From contig OX597822.1 in the NCBI GenBank assembly GCA_951406725.2, positions 104,470,001 to 104,534,000 on the forward strand: DNA of 64,000 nt, in the 5' to 3' direction. A model generated the notes under the pieces. The model was not told the origin of the DNA and did not search any database. It saw only the letters and a list, made by a program, of their open reading frames with translations. Shown piece after piece: positions 26,044 to 37,950 of this stretch; position 1 is the first letter of the stretch, and every line of letters starts with the position of its first letter. The position numbers and the translations under genes are program-made. This DNA comes from Octopus vulgaris (taxonomy: Eukaryota).

Positions 26044-26470
26044 ATGCATTATGAAGGATATATCATTTGTATAATGTGGAAAATATTCCATCATCTTTTA
26101 CCAAACGATGCTTGCATCAAGTTTATGGATCAGCCAAGGCTTGGCTTCTGTGCCATACATCTTCAACAAAAAATCAAGCACACATTACAAAACAACATGG
26201 CTACACAAGCTTTATATTCCAACTCAATTGGCTCTGATTTATTCAATATTACCAGAAAAGATATCGAAAAAATGGGTGCCCGAAATTTCCATCAGTCAAT
26301 GAAAAATTCCCCTAAGAAGTATCAGATAAACCTTCAAACATTCGAATATATTTCGTTCAATATCAGACTTCTTCTTGACTGGCTTATGGTATACCAACAT
26401 ATGATGTAAAATACTGCACCGGGTAGTGATGTTAAGCTAGATATATTCTAGGCCAATACTGACTGAAATG
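26044..26470 (+). mobile_element. Highly decayed CR1-group LINE 3' region
   Basis: YIICIMWKIFHHLLPND..PRLG..NSIGSDLFN resembles the C-terminal segment of the CR1-like ORF at 22616-23000 (YAVIYVWKILEGIVPN..GPQIFN). A related fragment lies near 24900-25030. Confidence 0.5.
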
Positions 26471-26581
26471 TATGTTAGATGATTGTAGGTGTGCAAATAT
26501 ATATAAACAGGTACATGCTCATCTATATGCATATATGTATAAACGCACACATACGCAAACAATTTAAGATATCTCTCTTCT

Positions 26582-26964
26582 ACTCTTTTACTTGTTTCAG
26601 TCATTTGACTTCGGCCATGTTGGAGCACCACCTTTAGTCAAGCAAATCGAACCCCGGGACTTATTATTTGTAAGTCCAGTACTTATTCTATCGGTCTCTT
26701 TTGCCGAACCGCTAAGTGACGGGAACGCAAACACACCAGCATCGGTTGTCAAGCGATGTTGGGGCGGGGGGACAAGCACAGACAGACATACATATATATA
26801 TACATATATACGACAGGCTTCTTTCAGTTTCCGTCTACCAAATCCACTCACAAGGCATTGGTCGGCCCGAGGCTATAGCAGAAGACACTTGCCCAAGATG
26901 CCACGCAGTGGGACTGAACCCGGAACCATGTGGTTGGTAAGCAAGCTACTTACCACACAGCCAC
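26582..26964 (-). mobile_element. SINE family C (tRNA head, CORE-like domain, internal microsatellite, CR1-like tail)
   Basis: Reverse complement has head GTGGCTGTGTGGTAAGTAGC..GGTTCCGGGTTCAGTCCC, CORE-like CTTGGGCAAGTGTCTT, internal (TA/TG)n and tail ..GAAGTCAAATGACTGAAACAAGTAAAAGAG. Confidence 0.88.
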
Positions 26965-27194
26965 TAATATAAACCCAGACACCACGCTAATAGCTTAGAA
27001 GTGAAATTTAGGATTTCTCAGTTTTCTGTGAAACGATTTAGGTAAAACTTTTCCCTGCTGGTTTGCACACTTGGCAACATCATTGTTATGTTTTCATTAT
27101 TTTGCTTCAATTAATATTTTATTTCGTGTAGAGAGATTACAGCGGACAGCAATATTTAAAGTGAGGACAGGTGAATGTGGAGAAGAGAAGGACA

Positions 27195-27282
<88 letters not shown>

Positions 27283-27306
27283 AATCTATGCGCGTATATA
27301 TGTGTG

Positions 27307-27356
<50 letters not shown>

Positions 27357-27432
27357 CATATATATATAAACATATATATATACATATATATATACAGCGT
27401 TAGCCACTACACTTTATTTTCTCTCCTTGTTT

Positions 27433-27468
27433 CTTTCTGTGGAAGAGCGTAGGCTCGAAACGTTAAGG
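27433..27468 (+). ncRNA. Minimal hammerhead-like motif (variant core CUGUGGA) in a TA-flanked module
   Basis: CUUU-CUGUGGA-A-GAGC-GUAG-GCUC-GAAACGUU-AAGG has a perfect stem II and palindromic AACGUU. Core A6 is changed to U. Confidence 0.55.
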
Positions 27469-27591
27469 ACTTTTTCGCATTTGTTTGTTGTCTATACAAC
27501 CTGTCTTCGTCTTTTATTTTCTTTCTTGTGAATTCCCCCTATAATTATATACATACCTATCTATATGTATATGTGTGCGTTCACAATACTT

Positions 27592-27721
27592 CTGTTGTTG
27601 TTGATGCTGTCCTTAAGGCACCTATTGTTATGGGGTGGGGAAGCTGTTTAATTACCTGAGTAACAGATCAGTCACTTCAGATGTTCATATTATTAGCGCA
27701 TATTTGCACACGTAAAACTCG

Positions 27722-27793
<72 letters not shown>

Positions 27794-27794
27794 C

Positions 27795-27828
<34 letters not shown>

Positions 27829-27984
27829 ACGTTTTTACGTGTGTGTGTGAATACGTAAGCACATATATGCGCTAATAATTTAAAACATCTGAACTGATTG
27901 AGTTGATACTCAGGTAATTAAACAGCTTTTTTCTCTCCCACACCAATCAATAGGTGCCTTGTGGGGGTTGCGTCAACAACACAG
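27592..27984. repeat. Inverted repeat (~130-150-bp diverged arms) around a central (TA)/(TG) microsatellite
   Basis: AAGGCACCTATTG..AGCTGTTTAATTACCTGAGTA..TTCAGATGTT..ATTATTAGCGCATAT is mirrored in reverse complement on the right arm. Confidence 0.8.
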
Positions 27985-28426
27985 GTTTGCAAAATGCAGC
28001 CACATTCTCGTCAACTAACACAGTTTAACGGTTTAACGTTTATCGCAGCTTTTCGCATGATAAGCAGTCCAGACCAGACCAGACCAACCCCTGCTAAATT
28101 GAAGTCAAATGCGTTGTGTTTCTGACCGCTTAATAGAATAAACCCCAGTTCATTTATCCCCTTGTACAAACACTATTTTCTCTTTATCGATGCATAACCG
28201 AATTTCAAAACAATCAATAATTATACGTATCAAACGTCCCCATTCTGCATCTTTCTATGTAATCATCATTTAATTATCGTCTAGTTATCAATTCGTTATA
28301 ATGTATTTATCGATTACATCGTGTGTAATTACATTAGTCGAGTGCAAATGTTTCTTTAAGTTGATACAAATGCTTGTGGAAGCTAAAATTTATTTATTTA
28401 TTTATACGTTTCTTTATTTATTCACG

Positions 28427-28452
28427 ATTATTATTATTATCATCATCATCAA

Positions 28453-28522
<70 letters not shown>

Positions 28523-28615
28523 GTTGTTGTTGTTGTTGTTATTACTATTATCATTATTATTATTATTGCTATTATTATCATTATTATCATGAAAGAGTCC
28601 ATCTTCATCATTTTC

Positions 28616-28671
<56 letters not shown>

Positions 28672-29231
28672 TATTATTATTATCATTATTATTATTATTA
28701 TCATTATTATTATTATTGTTATTATTATTATTATCATTATTATTATGAAAGAGACCATCTTCACCACCATTTTCAGTATTATTATTATTATTATCATTAT
28801 TATTATTGTTGTTATTGTTGTTGTTATTATTATCATTATTATTATTATTTTCATTATTATTATCAAAGAGACCATCTTCACCATCATTTTCATTATTATT
28901 ATTATTATTATTATTATGAAAGAGACCATCTTCACCACCATTTTCAGTATTATTATTATTATTATCATTATTATTATTGTTGTTATTGTTGTTGTTATTA
29001 TTATCATTATTATTATTATTTTCATTATTATTATCAAAGAGACCATCTTCACCATCATTTTCATTATTATTATTATTATTATTATTATGAAAGAGACCAT
29101 CTTCACCACCATTTTCAGTATTATTATTATTATTATCATTATTATTATTGTTGTTATTGTTGTTGTTATTATTATCATTATTATTATTATTATCATTATT
29201 ATTATCAAAGAGACCATCTTCACCATCATTT

Positions 29232-29290
<59 letters not shown>

Positions 29291-29345
29291 GTTTTTATTA
29301 TTGTTATAGTTGTTATTGTTATTGTTGTTGTTGTTGTTGTTGTTT
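28427..29345. repeat. Compound (ATT/ATC/GTT)n microsatellite with a 171-bp higher-order tandem repeat
   Basis: ATGAAAGAGACCATCTTCACCACC recurs at 28745, 28916 and 29087 (period 171). The 359-aa and 372-aa poly-Ile ORFs are artefacts. Confidence 0.9.
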
Positions 29346-30066
29346 TTACAATATCTTTAATTTTCAAATCTTGCAAGTAAATATCAATAATTTCAGCTTC
29401 TCGAAGGTCTATTGATTTGTTTGCCACTAGATTTACATTCAATTGTGTGCAGTTAGTCGTGACATGAAAATAGTTACCGTTGTCTACCACAAACACACTC
29501 ACGCACACACACACACACACACACATACACACACGTGCTTACACATATATACAGATCTACATAGATATTCACAATAATACGTTAACCGTTTAGACTATGT
29601 AAGCAATACATGGCTGTGACCAGACCATGCAGATACCTTTCCTTTATTTATTCTGAAACTCATGTGATGCTCTCAAACATTTCCTATTGTATTATAAATG
29701 AATTAAACTGTTGAATACTTTGTTTTGCTGAGGGACAGCGAATCTAATGAAACCTGCTTTATTTTATTTGTTACATTTATTTTACTTGTTACATTTTTCT
29801 ACGAGTTTAGTTCAACGTAGATATCTTTTGCGACTCAGTTATAAATATAAGAGATTTGATTGCAGATTCTACTATCGTGGGGCCTAAGTATGTGAAACAG
29901 GACTGTGTGTTACAAAACACTCGTCTGTGTTTACAGTGCTGCTGCTACTTACTTTGGCAAAATTCTCCTGAGCAACTTTTTTCCCTGATCTCGGTTTTCT
30001 TTATGGACGGGACTATTGGGGCCGAGTATTGATGTAGCGGATATTTTAGATTTAGTCATTTCGGTA

Positions 30067-30142
30067 GACCTAGCCGATGAGGACAATTCACTTTTACGAT
30101 ACCAAACGTATTCTGTAAACTTCGAAACTCGAGTACTAGTTC
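30067..30142 (+). ncRNA. Type I hammerhead motif (core CCGAUGA variant)
   Basis: GACCUAG-CCGAUGA-GGA...UUC-GAAA-CUCGAG-UA-CUAGUUC has stem I, palindromic stem III (ACUCGAGU) and a GUA triplet. The module ends in (TA)n at ~30324. Confidence 0.65.
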
Positions 30143-30372
30143 CTTCACTTTGTTCATTTCTCTGCCGTTCTTCCTAGAGATAAGACGAAAACTTTTTATA
30201 TTCGCTGCCCGCACAGATCTTTGCCTCTAGAATTCAGTGAGGCTTTACCGAGCGTTGAACGGTTATCGACTGCCATTTGCAACAAAAATTAGCATCTTGT
30301 TTTACCACTGTTTCCTATAGGTGTATATATATATATATATATATACGTACATACATACATGTACACACACAC

Positions 30373-30441
<69 letters not shown>

Positions 30442-30457
30442 TAACAATAACAATAAC

Positions 30458-30490
<33 letters not shown>

Positions 30491-30491
<1 letters not shown>

Positions 30492-31037
30492 TGCAGTACC
30501 AGGCAGTGGCTCTCATGGCTTCTGATCTTAACTGATTGGAAGTGTTATCATGTACATTGTTTTGTCTTGGTATAAAAGATGGGCTACAGCAAATATTCTG
30601 CTCAATACCACAGATTTGCTTGTCAGTTGTTTGACCTTAACCAGTTGAGCATGTCCCTTAGTGGCTGACGATATGTGCATCTCTGATCACGAGCAGAAGT
30701 AGTGGGGGAGCATCATAGCCATGTGTTGAGAAGGATTCTTTGGGGTTTGAATAGTTCACCTCTGGAAACATGGGTGTTTCGTTCAACATTCTTAAACAAG
30801 CCTTATTCAGGGACCTTTTGAGCGGGATGGGTTACTCGATCTGAAGAAAATTCTAACTGGGCTCCACCTGCAAGGTCAGGTGCTATTTAACTTACCGTAA
30901 GTCACCATGTCGCGCACATATGGTTGTGATGCATGTGCCTGGTGTACCCTTATCAGACGGGTAGTCATGATGGGTATACTGGGCTTCGTATATTTTACCC
31001 CAGTGTCACTTCGATGGCATGCTCTGCTCGCTCACTC
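30491..31037 (+). mobile_element. (AAT)n-targeted repeat family D, longest copy
   Basis: Flanked by long (AAT)n tracts and homologous to the copies at 16316, 18917 and 61497. Confidence 0.82.
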
Positions 31038-31038
31038 A

Positions 31039-31089
<51 letters not shown>

Positions 31090-31546
31090 GTGATGATAAT
31101 GATAATAATATAAATATAATAATATAAATAATATATATGTGCGTGACGACTTCGAAGGAATGAAATTAGCAGAAATTCGTTCAATAAAAAATGGTTTAGT
31201 CGTATACCATTAATGGCTTCGTGATCCCCATTTATTACCACGTTCTCCACTCAGTACGAATATAACCGGGAAATATAAATATACAAACATCTGCAGATAC
31301 CATACGAACACAGCGCATCCAGCAAAGCTTATACAAATGTTTACACTTATATATCCAATTAAAGGGACATCTTTCTAGTTCATCTCGCAACGTGTGTATA
31401 ATCGAAATAATCCAGCACTGAATATATTCCGGTTCAATATTTGTAAATAAAATATAAGGATAAAATCTATATAAGATTTTATCGAGTAGCCAGCGTGAAA
31501 AACCAATTAAAGAAAAAAAATTAATACAGGATATATAATTTTTTTC

Positions 31547-31602
<56 letters not shown>

Positions 31603-31823
31603 TAATATCAAGAGCTATTACTACCAGTACAAGCCACACGCTTTAATTGACTCTAAATCAAAAGTACTTCAATACGTATACACACGCGCCGACTTCGAAA
31701 AATTGAAACTAGTAGAAATTCCTTCAATAAATAAAAAAAAGTTTAGTCCTATACCATTAATGATTTCGTGGTTACCATGCTCTTCATTCATCAGTACCAA
31801 CATAACCGGGAAATATAAATATA

Positions 31824-32236
31824 CCAGCTATTTTGACCCTTGCTTCGCTCGGGTTTTGGTGGTGTTGTTTTGTGCGTGTTGTCTCCATTTCCCTTTCTTC
31901 ATTTGTTCCTCTTCTTTGCCTGGTTCTTTTTATTGCCCTCTTCTTTTTCTTTTTCTTATTTAAAAAATGTTTTTCTTCGTCTTTATCTTCTTTTTCTTCT
32001 TTCTCTTCTTCCACTCTTTCTTTTCTCCTTTTTTCATATTCCTCACCATGGCAACCAAACTGTAGCCCCGAGCGACTTGCAACCCTCCTCACACCATTAC
32101 CCACCCCATTTTACCCCCCTCCCCTGTGTAAATTTTGGCGCCAACCGACCCCATCTTAAATCGTTCCCATCCCAAAATGAGACAAACAACCAAGAAATCA
32201 AACAACTTTTTCGCATTTCAGCTTTATAGATATTGA
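31824..32236 (-). mobile_element. Non-autonomous Helitron (family H3)
   Basis: Reverse complement starts TCAATATCTATAAAG and ends CTGG (CTRR) with hairpin ACCCGAGCGAAGCAAGGGT. It splits a local duplicate whose empty paralog (~31270-31330) shows an A|T insertion without TSD. Confidence 0.8.
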
Positions 32237-32419
32237 TAAACATCTGTACATACAATACGAACACAACGCATCCAGCAGAGCTTTATTTGTTTTTGATTTT
32301 GTCGACTTAATTGTATAGAAGGGTCAGTTGGGCACTGTCTGTATGAAAAACATGACGCAATTAGCTCTGTCGGACATTTGGAAACGATATACTGTACTGC
32401 TTGGCATTCGGCCGCAAGC

Positions 32420-33106
32420 TCCAATACGAATATTTCAGTGTTTGGGTATCAAACTGAAGGCTGTGCAATCTGCGGTCATGTAGCGAGAGTAATAAAAATC
32501 AAACATCCAGTCAACATCATGATATTTGGAGTGATCGCTAGTGATGGCGACGTTATACCTCCATTCATCTTTTCACACCGCATCAGAATCAACACTCAGT
32601 CCCAGATCAAGTGCCTGGATGAGGTAGAGCTGGTGTGGTTCAAGATGGTGGCTGCTTGAAGACACTATGTATGGTAACTGTACTCTGCGCCATGTCACAC
32701 GAGCAGGAGAACCCAGTCATGGCTGTCAGACAATTTCTGCGACCACATCACCCCTAACATCTGGTCACCTAACTCCTCAGACTGCAACTCCCTTGATTAT
32801 TATGTGTAGGGTGCAGTTGAGTGAGAGACCAAGAAAACACCTTGTAACACCAAAGATGAACTTAAGGCAAGGGTTATGGCAGAATTCATCAAGTTAAACA
32901 AGAAGATCGTCCAGAAGTGTTGTAGCAAATTCCGAAGTCGTCTGGAGGCCGTGATTGAAGCCAATGGAAATTTTCTTGAATAAATTTACTCTTTAATATT
33001 TCAAGATATTTTCATGTAATTTTGATAAATATATCTGTTAAAATAAGATGTTTGTGTTATTTTGATATTTGCGTAATTTAGACGACAGTTTATTCACCGT
33101 ACCCTG
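32420..33106 (+). mobile_element. Decayed Tc1/mariner transposon, maT (DD37D)-like, 3' part
   Basis: IKHPVNIMIFGVIASDG..W*LYSAPCHTS..WSPNSSDCNSLDYYV..FRSRLEAVIEANG. There are 37 residues between the mutated D of QQDSAP and the D of LDY. Ends ..ACCCTG|TA. Confidence 0.8.
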
Positions 33107-33599
33107 TATTTGTATGTGCATGCATGCATGTATATATGTATGCATGTCTATGTATGTATACACGAAATGTAAACATACATTCATACATTGATATACACAC
33201 TGAGACACACTGACACACACATACATATACACAGAAAGATACATATATATATATATATATACAGAGAGGGAAACGTAACGGTATGCTTGTCTACTCCCAA
33301 GTATACTCACCTCGTTTCAACTCATGGATACGCCGAGCCGATTAGTTATCAGGATGCAGGATTTACATAAACCAAAGCCGAACGGATAGAGATCATCTAT
33401 CTGGATTCTACATAGTTTCGCGATCATGTAAGCCTGGGGTTATAGGAAATGTAGTTTCCCCGAGTTACCAAGCACTAAAAATGAAGTTAGGACCTCGTGG
33501 TTGGGAACAAAATTTTCAAGCATTTAGCCATGCTTACGAACATTTTTTATTTACAAATATACGCTCTCATTTTCATAAATATTCATACACATGCACATA

Positions 33600-33655
33600 C
33601 ATATCTATATGTATATATAGCCTCGGGTGAATGAAAAATGAAGGAAGCCCGTCGC

Positions 33656-33745
<90 letters not shown>

Positions 33746-33794
33746 GTATGTATGTATTTATGTATATATGTATATGTATATGTATGTATATATG

Positions 33795-33829
<35 letters not shown>

Positions 33830-33849
33830 ATAAATATATATATACATAT

Positions 33850-33890
<41 letters not shown>

Positions 33891-34100
33891 CATACATATA
33901 TGTATATGTGTGTGTGCGTCTGTGTAATCGGTTTTAGTGCATATATATATACATATATATATATATATATGCGCACGTAATATACAAACATCATACATTT
34001 ACACATATATATATCTATATATACGTGTGCGTGTATGTGTATGTGGTAGTATGTGTGTATGTGGTAGTGTGTGTGTGCGTGTGTGTATATGTGCGTGCGC
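33600..34100. repeat. Compound microsatellite block (TCTA, TA, TG, TATG), representative of many similar blocks
   Basis: Directly visible. Similar blocks lie at ~6183-6500, 19771-20317, 22440-22550, 34797-35064, 46440-46800, 47700-48087, 49464-49563, 55416-55636, 58995-59345 and 63240-63395. Confidence 0.95.
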
Positions 34101-34977
34101 ATGTAAAAGGTTAACCTCCATCAGGTTTATTTCACCTTAAAGCCGTAATGCATCCCGAATCATTTTCAAAACCATTTCCCCTCACTTTGATCAAATAACA
34201 AATTTCAGAACCAGTAATTGCCTTCGACTTTCTAATAAACATCGTCGCATGGTTTTTTGCAGCCAAAACAAGCGCACAATTACACCAATATTCTTTGTGT
34301 CGGGATGTTCAAAAAGCACAGAGATAAAAGATACTCATACAAACATCACAAACACACACTGAAACACATTCGTTCTTAGAATGTTATCTTTTTTTTGTAT
34401 ACATCTCATCAATTTTTGATTTAATCTATTGTTAGTGACGTCATCTACGGTACTATATTCTTCTCTACAACACATTGCCTACGTTTTGCAAATAAACATG
34501 GTTTCGTAGTTCTTATTCTGTTTTGCTCGTTCGTCTGTGTTTATCGCAGACAGTATTGTTATCATTGAAATTAAATGAATGCCAAACAGTCGGGGCACAG
34601 CAATCGATTCTCAGACATCGAAATGTCTCAACGCACCCGGCCCCATCATAACACAGCAGATATACGAAGTATAGAAACATTTTTCTGCAACATAGTTCTC
34701 GGGATTAAATTATTATATATAAAGCGGAACCCGGAAGTGAAGAGAATACGTACAAATTACATACATTTCACTGGAATGGTAACAGAAAGTGGGGATACAT
34801 GTATGTATGTATGTATGTATGTATGTATGTATGTATGTATGTATGTATATATGCATGTATGTATGTATGAGGTATATATGTATGTATGTATTATGTATGC
34901 ATATATATATATATGTATATATATGTACATATACACGCATATATATAAATATATATACAAGCACACACACAAATATA

Positions 34978-35060
<83 letters not shown>

Positions 35061-35348
35061 ATATAATGTTAGGTTGTCACTAACTTTTGTGTAAGCGTAT
35101 ACACGCAGTCATGCACGCAAACACACACACTCGCGCGCGCAAACACATATACATACTCATATCTCATGCACTCATATACGCATACATATACATACCTACA
35201 CTGCCACACATGCACACACACACACACACACATATAAATATAAAACGAGCTAACAAAAACAAAATCAGCGAATATAGATTCACTGCTTACAACAAGGTTA
35301 CATTCACACGCACATATTACCCACGTATTCACATAAGACTATACATTT

Positions 35349-35737
35349 TGGAAGCACTCCGTCGGTTACGACGACGAGGGTTCCAGTTGATCCGAATCAA
35401 CGGAACAGCCTGCTCGTGAAATTAACGTGTAAGTGGCTGAGCACTCAAACAGACACGTGTACCCTTAACGTAGTTCTCGGGGGGGATATTCAGCGTGACA
35501 CAGAGAGTGACAAGGCCGGCCCCTTTGAAATACAGGTACAACAGAAACAAGAAGTAAGAGTGAGAGAAAGTTGTGGTGAAAGAGTACAGCAGGGATCAGC
35601 ACCATCCCCTACTGGAGCCTCGTGGAGCTTTAGGTGTTTTCGCTCAATAAACAATCACAACGCTCGGTCTTGGAATCGAAACCGCGATCCTATGACCGCG
35701 CGTCCGCTGCCCTAACCACTGGGCCATTGCGGCTCCA
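35349..35737 (-). mobile_element. SINE family A, full length
   Basis: Full body flanked by the direct repeat CATAAGACTATACA. Confidence 0.9.
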
Positions 35738-36250
35738 CATAAGACTATACACCCATATGCAGAAGTCACAGAACATTCAATACAGTTCCAGAACATCTAT
35801 GAACACAGTCGTTCCAGTTGTGGTCATAACGTCACATTTAAATATGTGATGTGCCTTCTGCTGTTTTATTGAATGCGATTTACGTTCCAGAGAATAGTAA
35901 GCTAGTTTGATTTCTTCGAGGTTTGGCTGCTATTTCTATTACATCCAGCGACCCCGCAATCGATACTTCGATTGTATTTTTCAGTGTTGAAGGTATAGAA
36001 TTTTTGGACAGCATGAATACCATGAATTTCTCGATAAATGACTGTGGATTGTGTATATTAAAAAAATAAATTATACAGTTAGGAGGCGTAGGAGTGGCTG
36101 TGTGGTAAGTAGCTTGCTTACGAACCACATGCTTCCGGGTTCAGTCCCACTGCGTGGCACCTTGGCCAAGTGTCTTCTACTACAGCCTCGGGCCGACCAA
36201 AGCCTTGTGAGTGGATTTTGGTAGACGGAAACTGAAAGAATCCCGTCTTA

Positions 36251-36310
<60 letters not shown>

Positions 36311-36314
<4 letters not shown>

Positions 36315-36779
36315 GAAGTAAATATATGGCACAACGAAGTACCGATATTTACTGGAAAATAGCAAACGTAATAATACGACGCTAATGTATAGCTTCACCG
36401 CGTATATACTAACAAAAATGCGTGAGTACAACAAACTTGAAAAAAATTGTCTTACCTCCAGGGAGAAGATCTGAAAGATGAAACACCTGGAAAGGGATAA
36501 TGTGGGACCAGGACCGGTTTCAGATTTTTCAAGATATGCCTGCACTCATATACTTGATCTATCTTCATCAGCCAACATATACCACGACAACATTTCAGAT
36601 GCCACATTAATGCCAATACACTCGACGGAAACGCTAAAACGCTGACAGAATGAGAACAGTGAAGAAGTTTAATAAAAATAGTAATGCAATACGAGAGTAT
36701 TGCTTTCCAGTAAAGAATAGCCCGTGAGGGAAAATTATACATAGAAGTAAATATATGGCACAACGAAGTACCGATATTT
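36311..36779 (-). mobile_element. Terminally redundant 429-nt hammerhead-bearing module (retrozyme / Penelope pLTR-like)
   Basis: Exact 40-bp direct repeat CATAGAAGTAAATATATGGCACAACGAAGTACCGATATTT at 36311-36350 and 36740-36779. Internal hammerhead; flanked by (TA)n. Confidence 0.75.
36508..36575 (-). ncRNA. Type I hammerhead ribozyme motif (canonical core)
   Basis: Minus strand reads UUGG-CUGAUGA-AGAU..UCAAG.AUAUG...CAUAU-CUUGA..AUCU-GAAA-CCGG-UC-CUGG. Extended stem II, palindromic stem III (ACCGGU) and a GUC triplet are present. Stem I is short and wobble-rich. Confidence 0.78.
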
Positions 36780-37444
36780 TTATTATATATATATATATAT
36801 ATATATATAAATGTGTGTATCTGTATATGTTTCTGTGTCTGTGTTTGTCCCCCCAAATCGCTTGACAACCGATGCTGGTGTGTTTACGTCCTCGTAACTT
36901 AGCGTTTCGGCAAAAGAGACCGATAGAATGAGTACTAAGCTTACAAAGAATAAGTCCTGGGGTGGATTTGCTCGACTTAAGGGGGTGCTCCAGCATGACC
37001 ACAGTCACATGACTGAAACAAGTAAAGAGAGTTGAAATATATATAGATGTCATCGCCATGGCTAACAACAAACGAGCAAATATTAACGGCCAGCAGCTTC
37101 GAAGGTGGTGGTCAAGTCAATTACATAGACCCACACTGCGCAACTGGTACTTATTTTATCGACCCGAAAGAGGTGAAGAGCAGAGTCGACCTCACCGGAA
37201 TTTGAACTTACATCGTGAAGACGGACGAAATGCTGTTAAACATTTTACTCGGTGTGCTAACGATTGTGCTAGTTCACCACATTAGACAAATAAATATTAA
37301 CATATATTATGCACTCAGCATAAAAAAAATGTAGTTAGAAATATTTTTATGGGAAGAAAATACATCAGAGCATTAGAACAAGGAGTAATCTTATCATTTT
37401 GGCACTCGTGGGAGACAACTCTGAATAAGCTTCACTCTCTTTAT

Positions 37445-37950
37445 TCTTTTATTCTTTTACTTGTTTCAGTCATTGGACTGCGGTCATGCTGGATCACCGG
37501 TTTTAGTCGAGCAAGTCGACCTCAGGACTTATTCTTTGTAAGCCTAGTACTTATTCTATCGGTATCTTTTGTCGAACCGTCAAGTTACAGGGATGTAAAC
37601 ACACCACCATCGGTTGTCAAGCGATGTTGGGGTGACAAACACAGACACACACTTATATATATATATAGTTAATCCAAACAAGAAAACACAGAAAAAAAGA
37701 GAAAAAACAGCAATGCGAGGACGTGGAACAATTAAAGTATTATTGACGCTCAGGAAAGAAGGGAAGGAGGGTTTAACGTTTCGAGCGGAGCTCTTCGTCG
37801 GAAACAAGGAGAAGGAAAGATCCCAAGAAGGGAAGACAGAGGAAAAAATATTTTTGCTGGTGGTGCTCAAGAGATCACATATATATATACAGAAATACGA
37901 TGGGCTTCCTTCAGTTACCCTCTACCAAATCCACACACAAGGCTTTAGTC
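37445..37950 (-). mobile_element. SINE family C (partial) interrupted by hammerhead module 37667-37880
   Basis: Family C tail at 37445-37650 and head-side remnant at 37895-37950 surround a module homologous to 8783-8990. Confidence 0.75.
37771..37805 (-). ncRNA. Minimal type I hammerhead motif (core CCGACGA)
   Basis: GUUU-CCGACGA-A-GAGC-UCC-GCUC-GAAACGUU-AAAC. The paralog at 8888-8922 keeps CUGACGA, so the family consensus can be canonical. Confidence 0.7.

Larger units (their letters stand above)
36083..37030 (+). mobile_element. SINE family C, interrupted in its internal (TA)n by a hammerhead module
   Basis: Head at 36083-36250 and tail at 36820-37030, with a foreign ~470-bp module between two (TA)n tracts. 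Confidence 0.85.

Noticed and set aside
28301-29532. 359-aa and 372-aa ORFs on opposite strands
   Set aside because: Poly-Ile translations of an (ATT)n-based repeat with no protein-like complexity.
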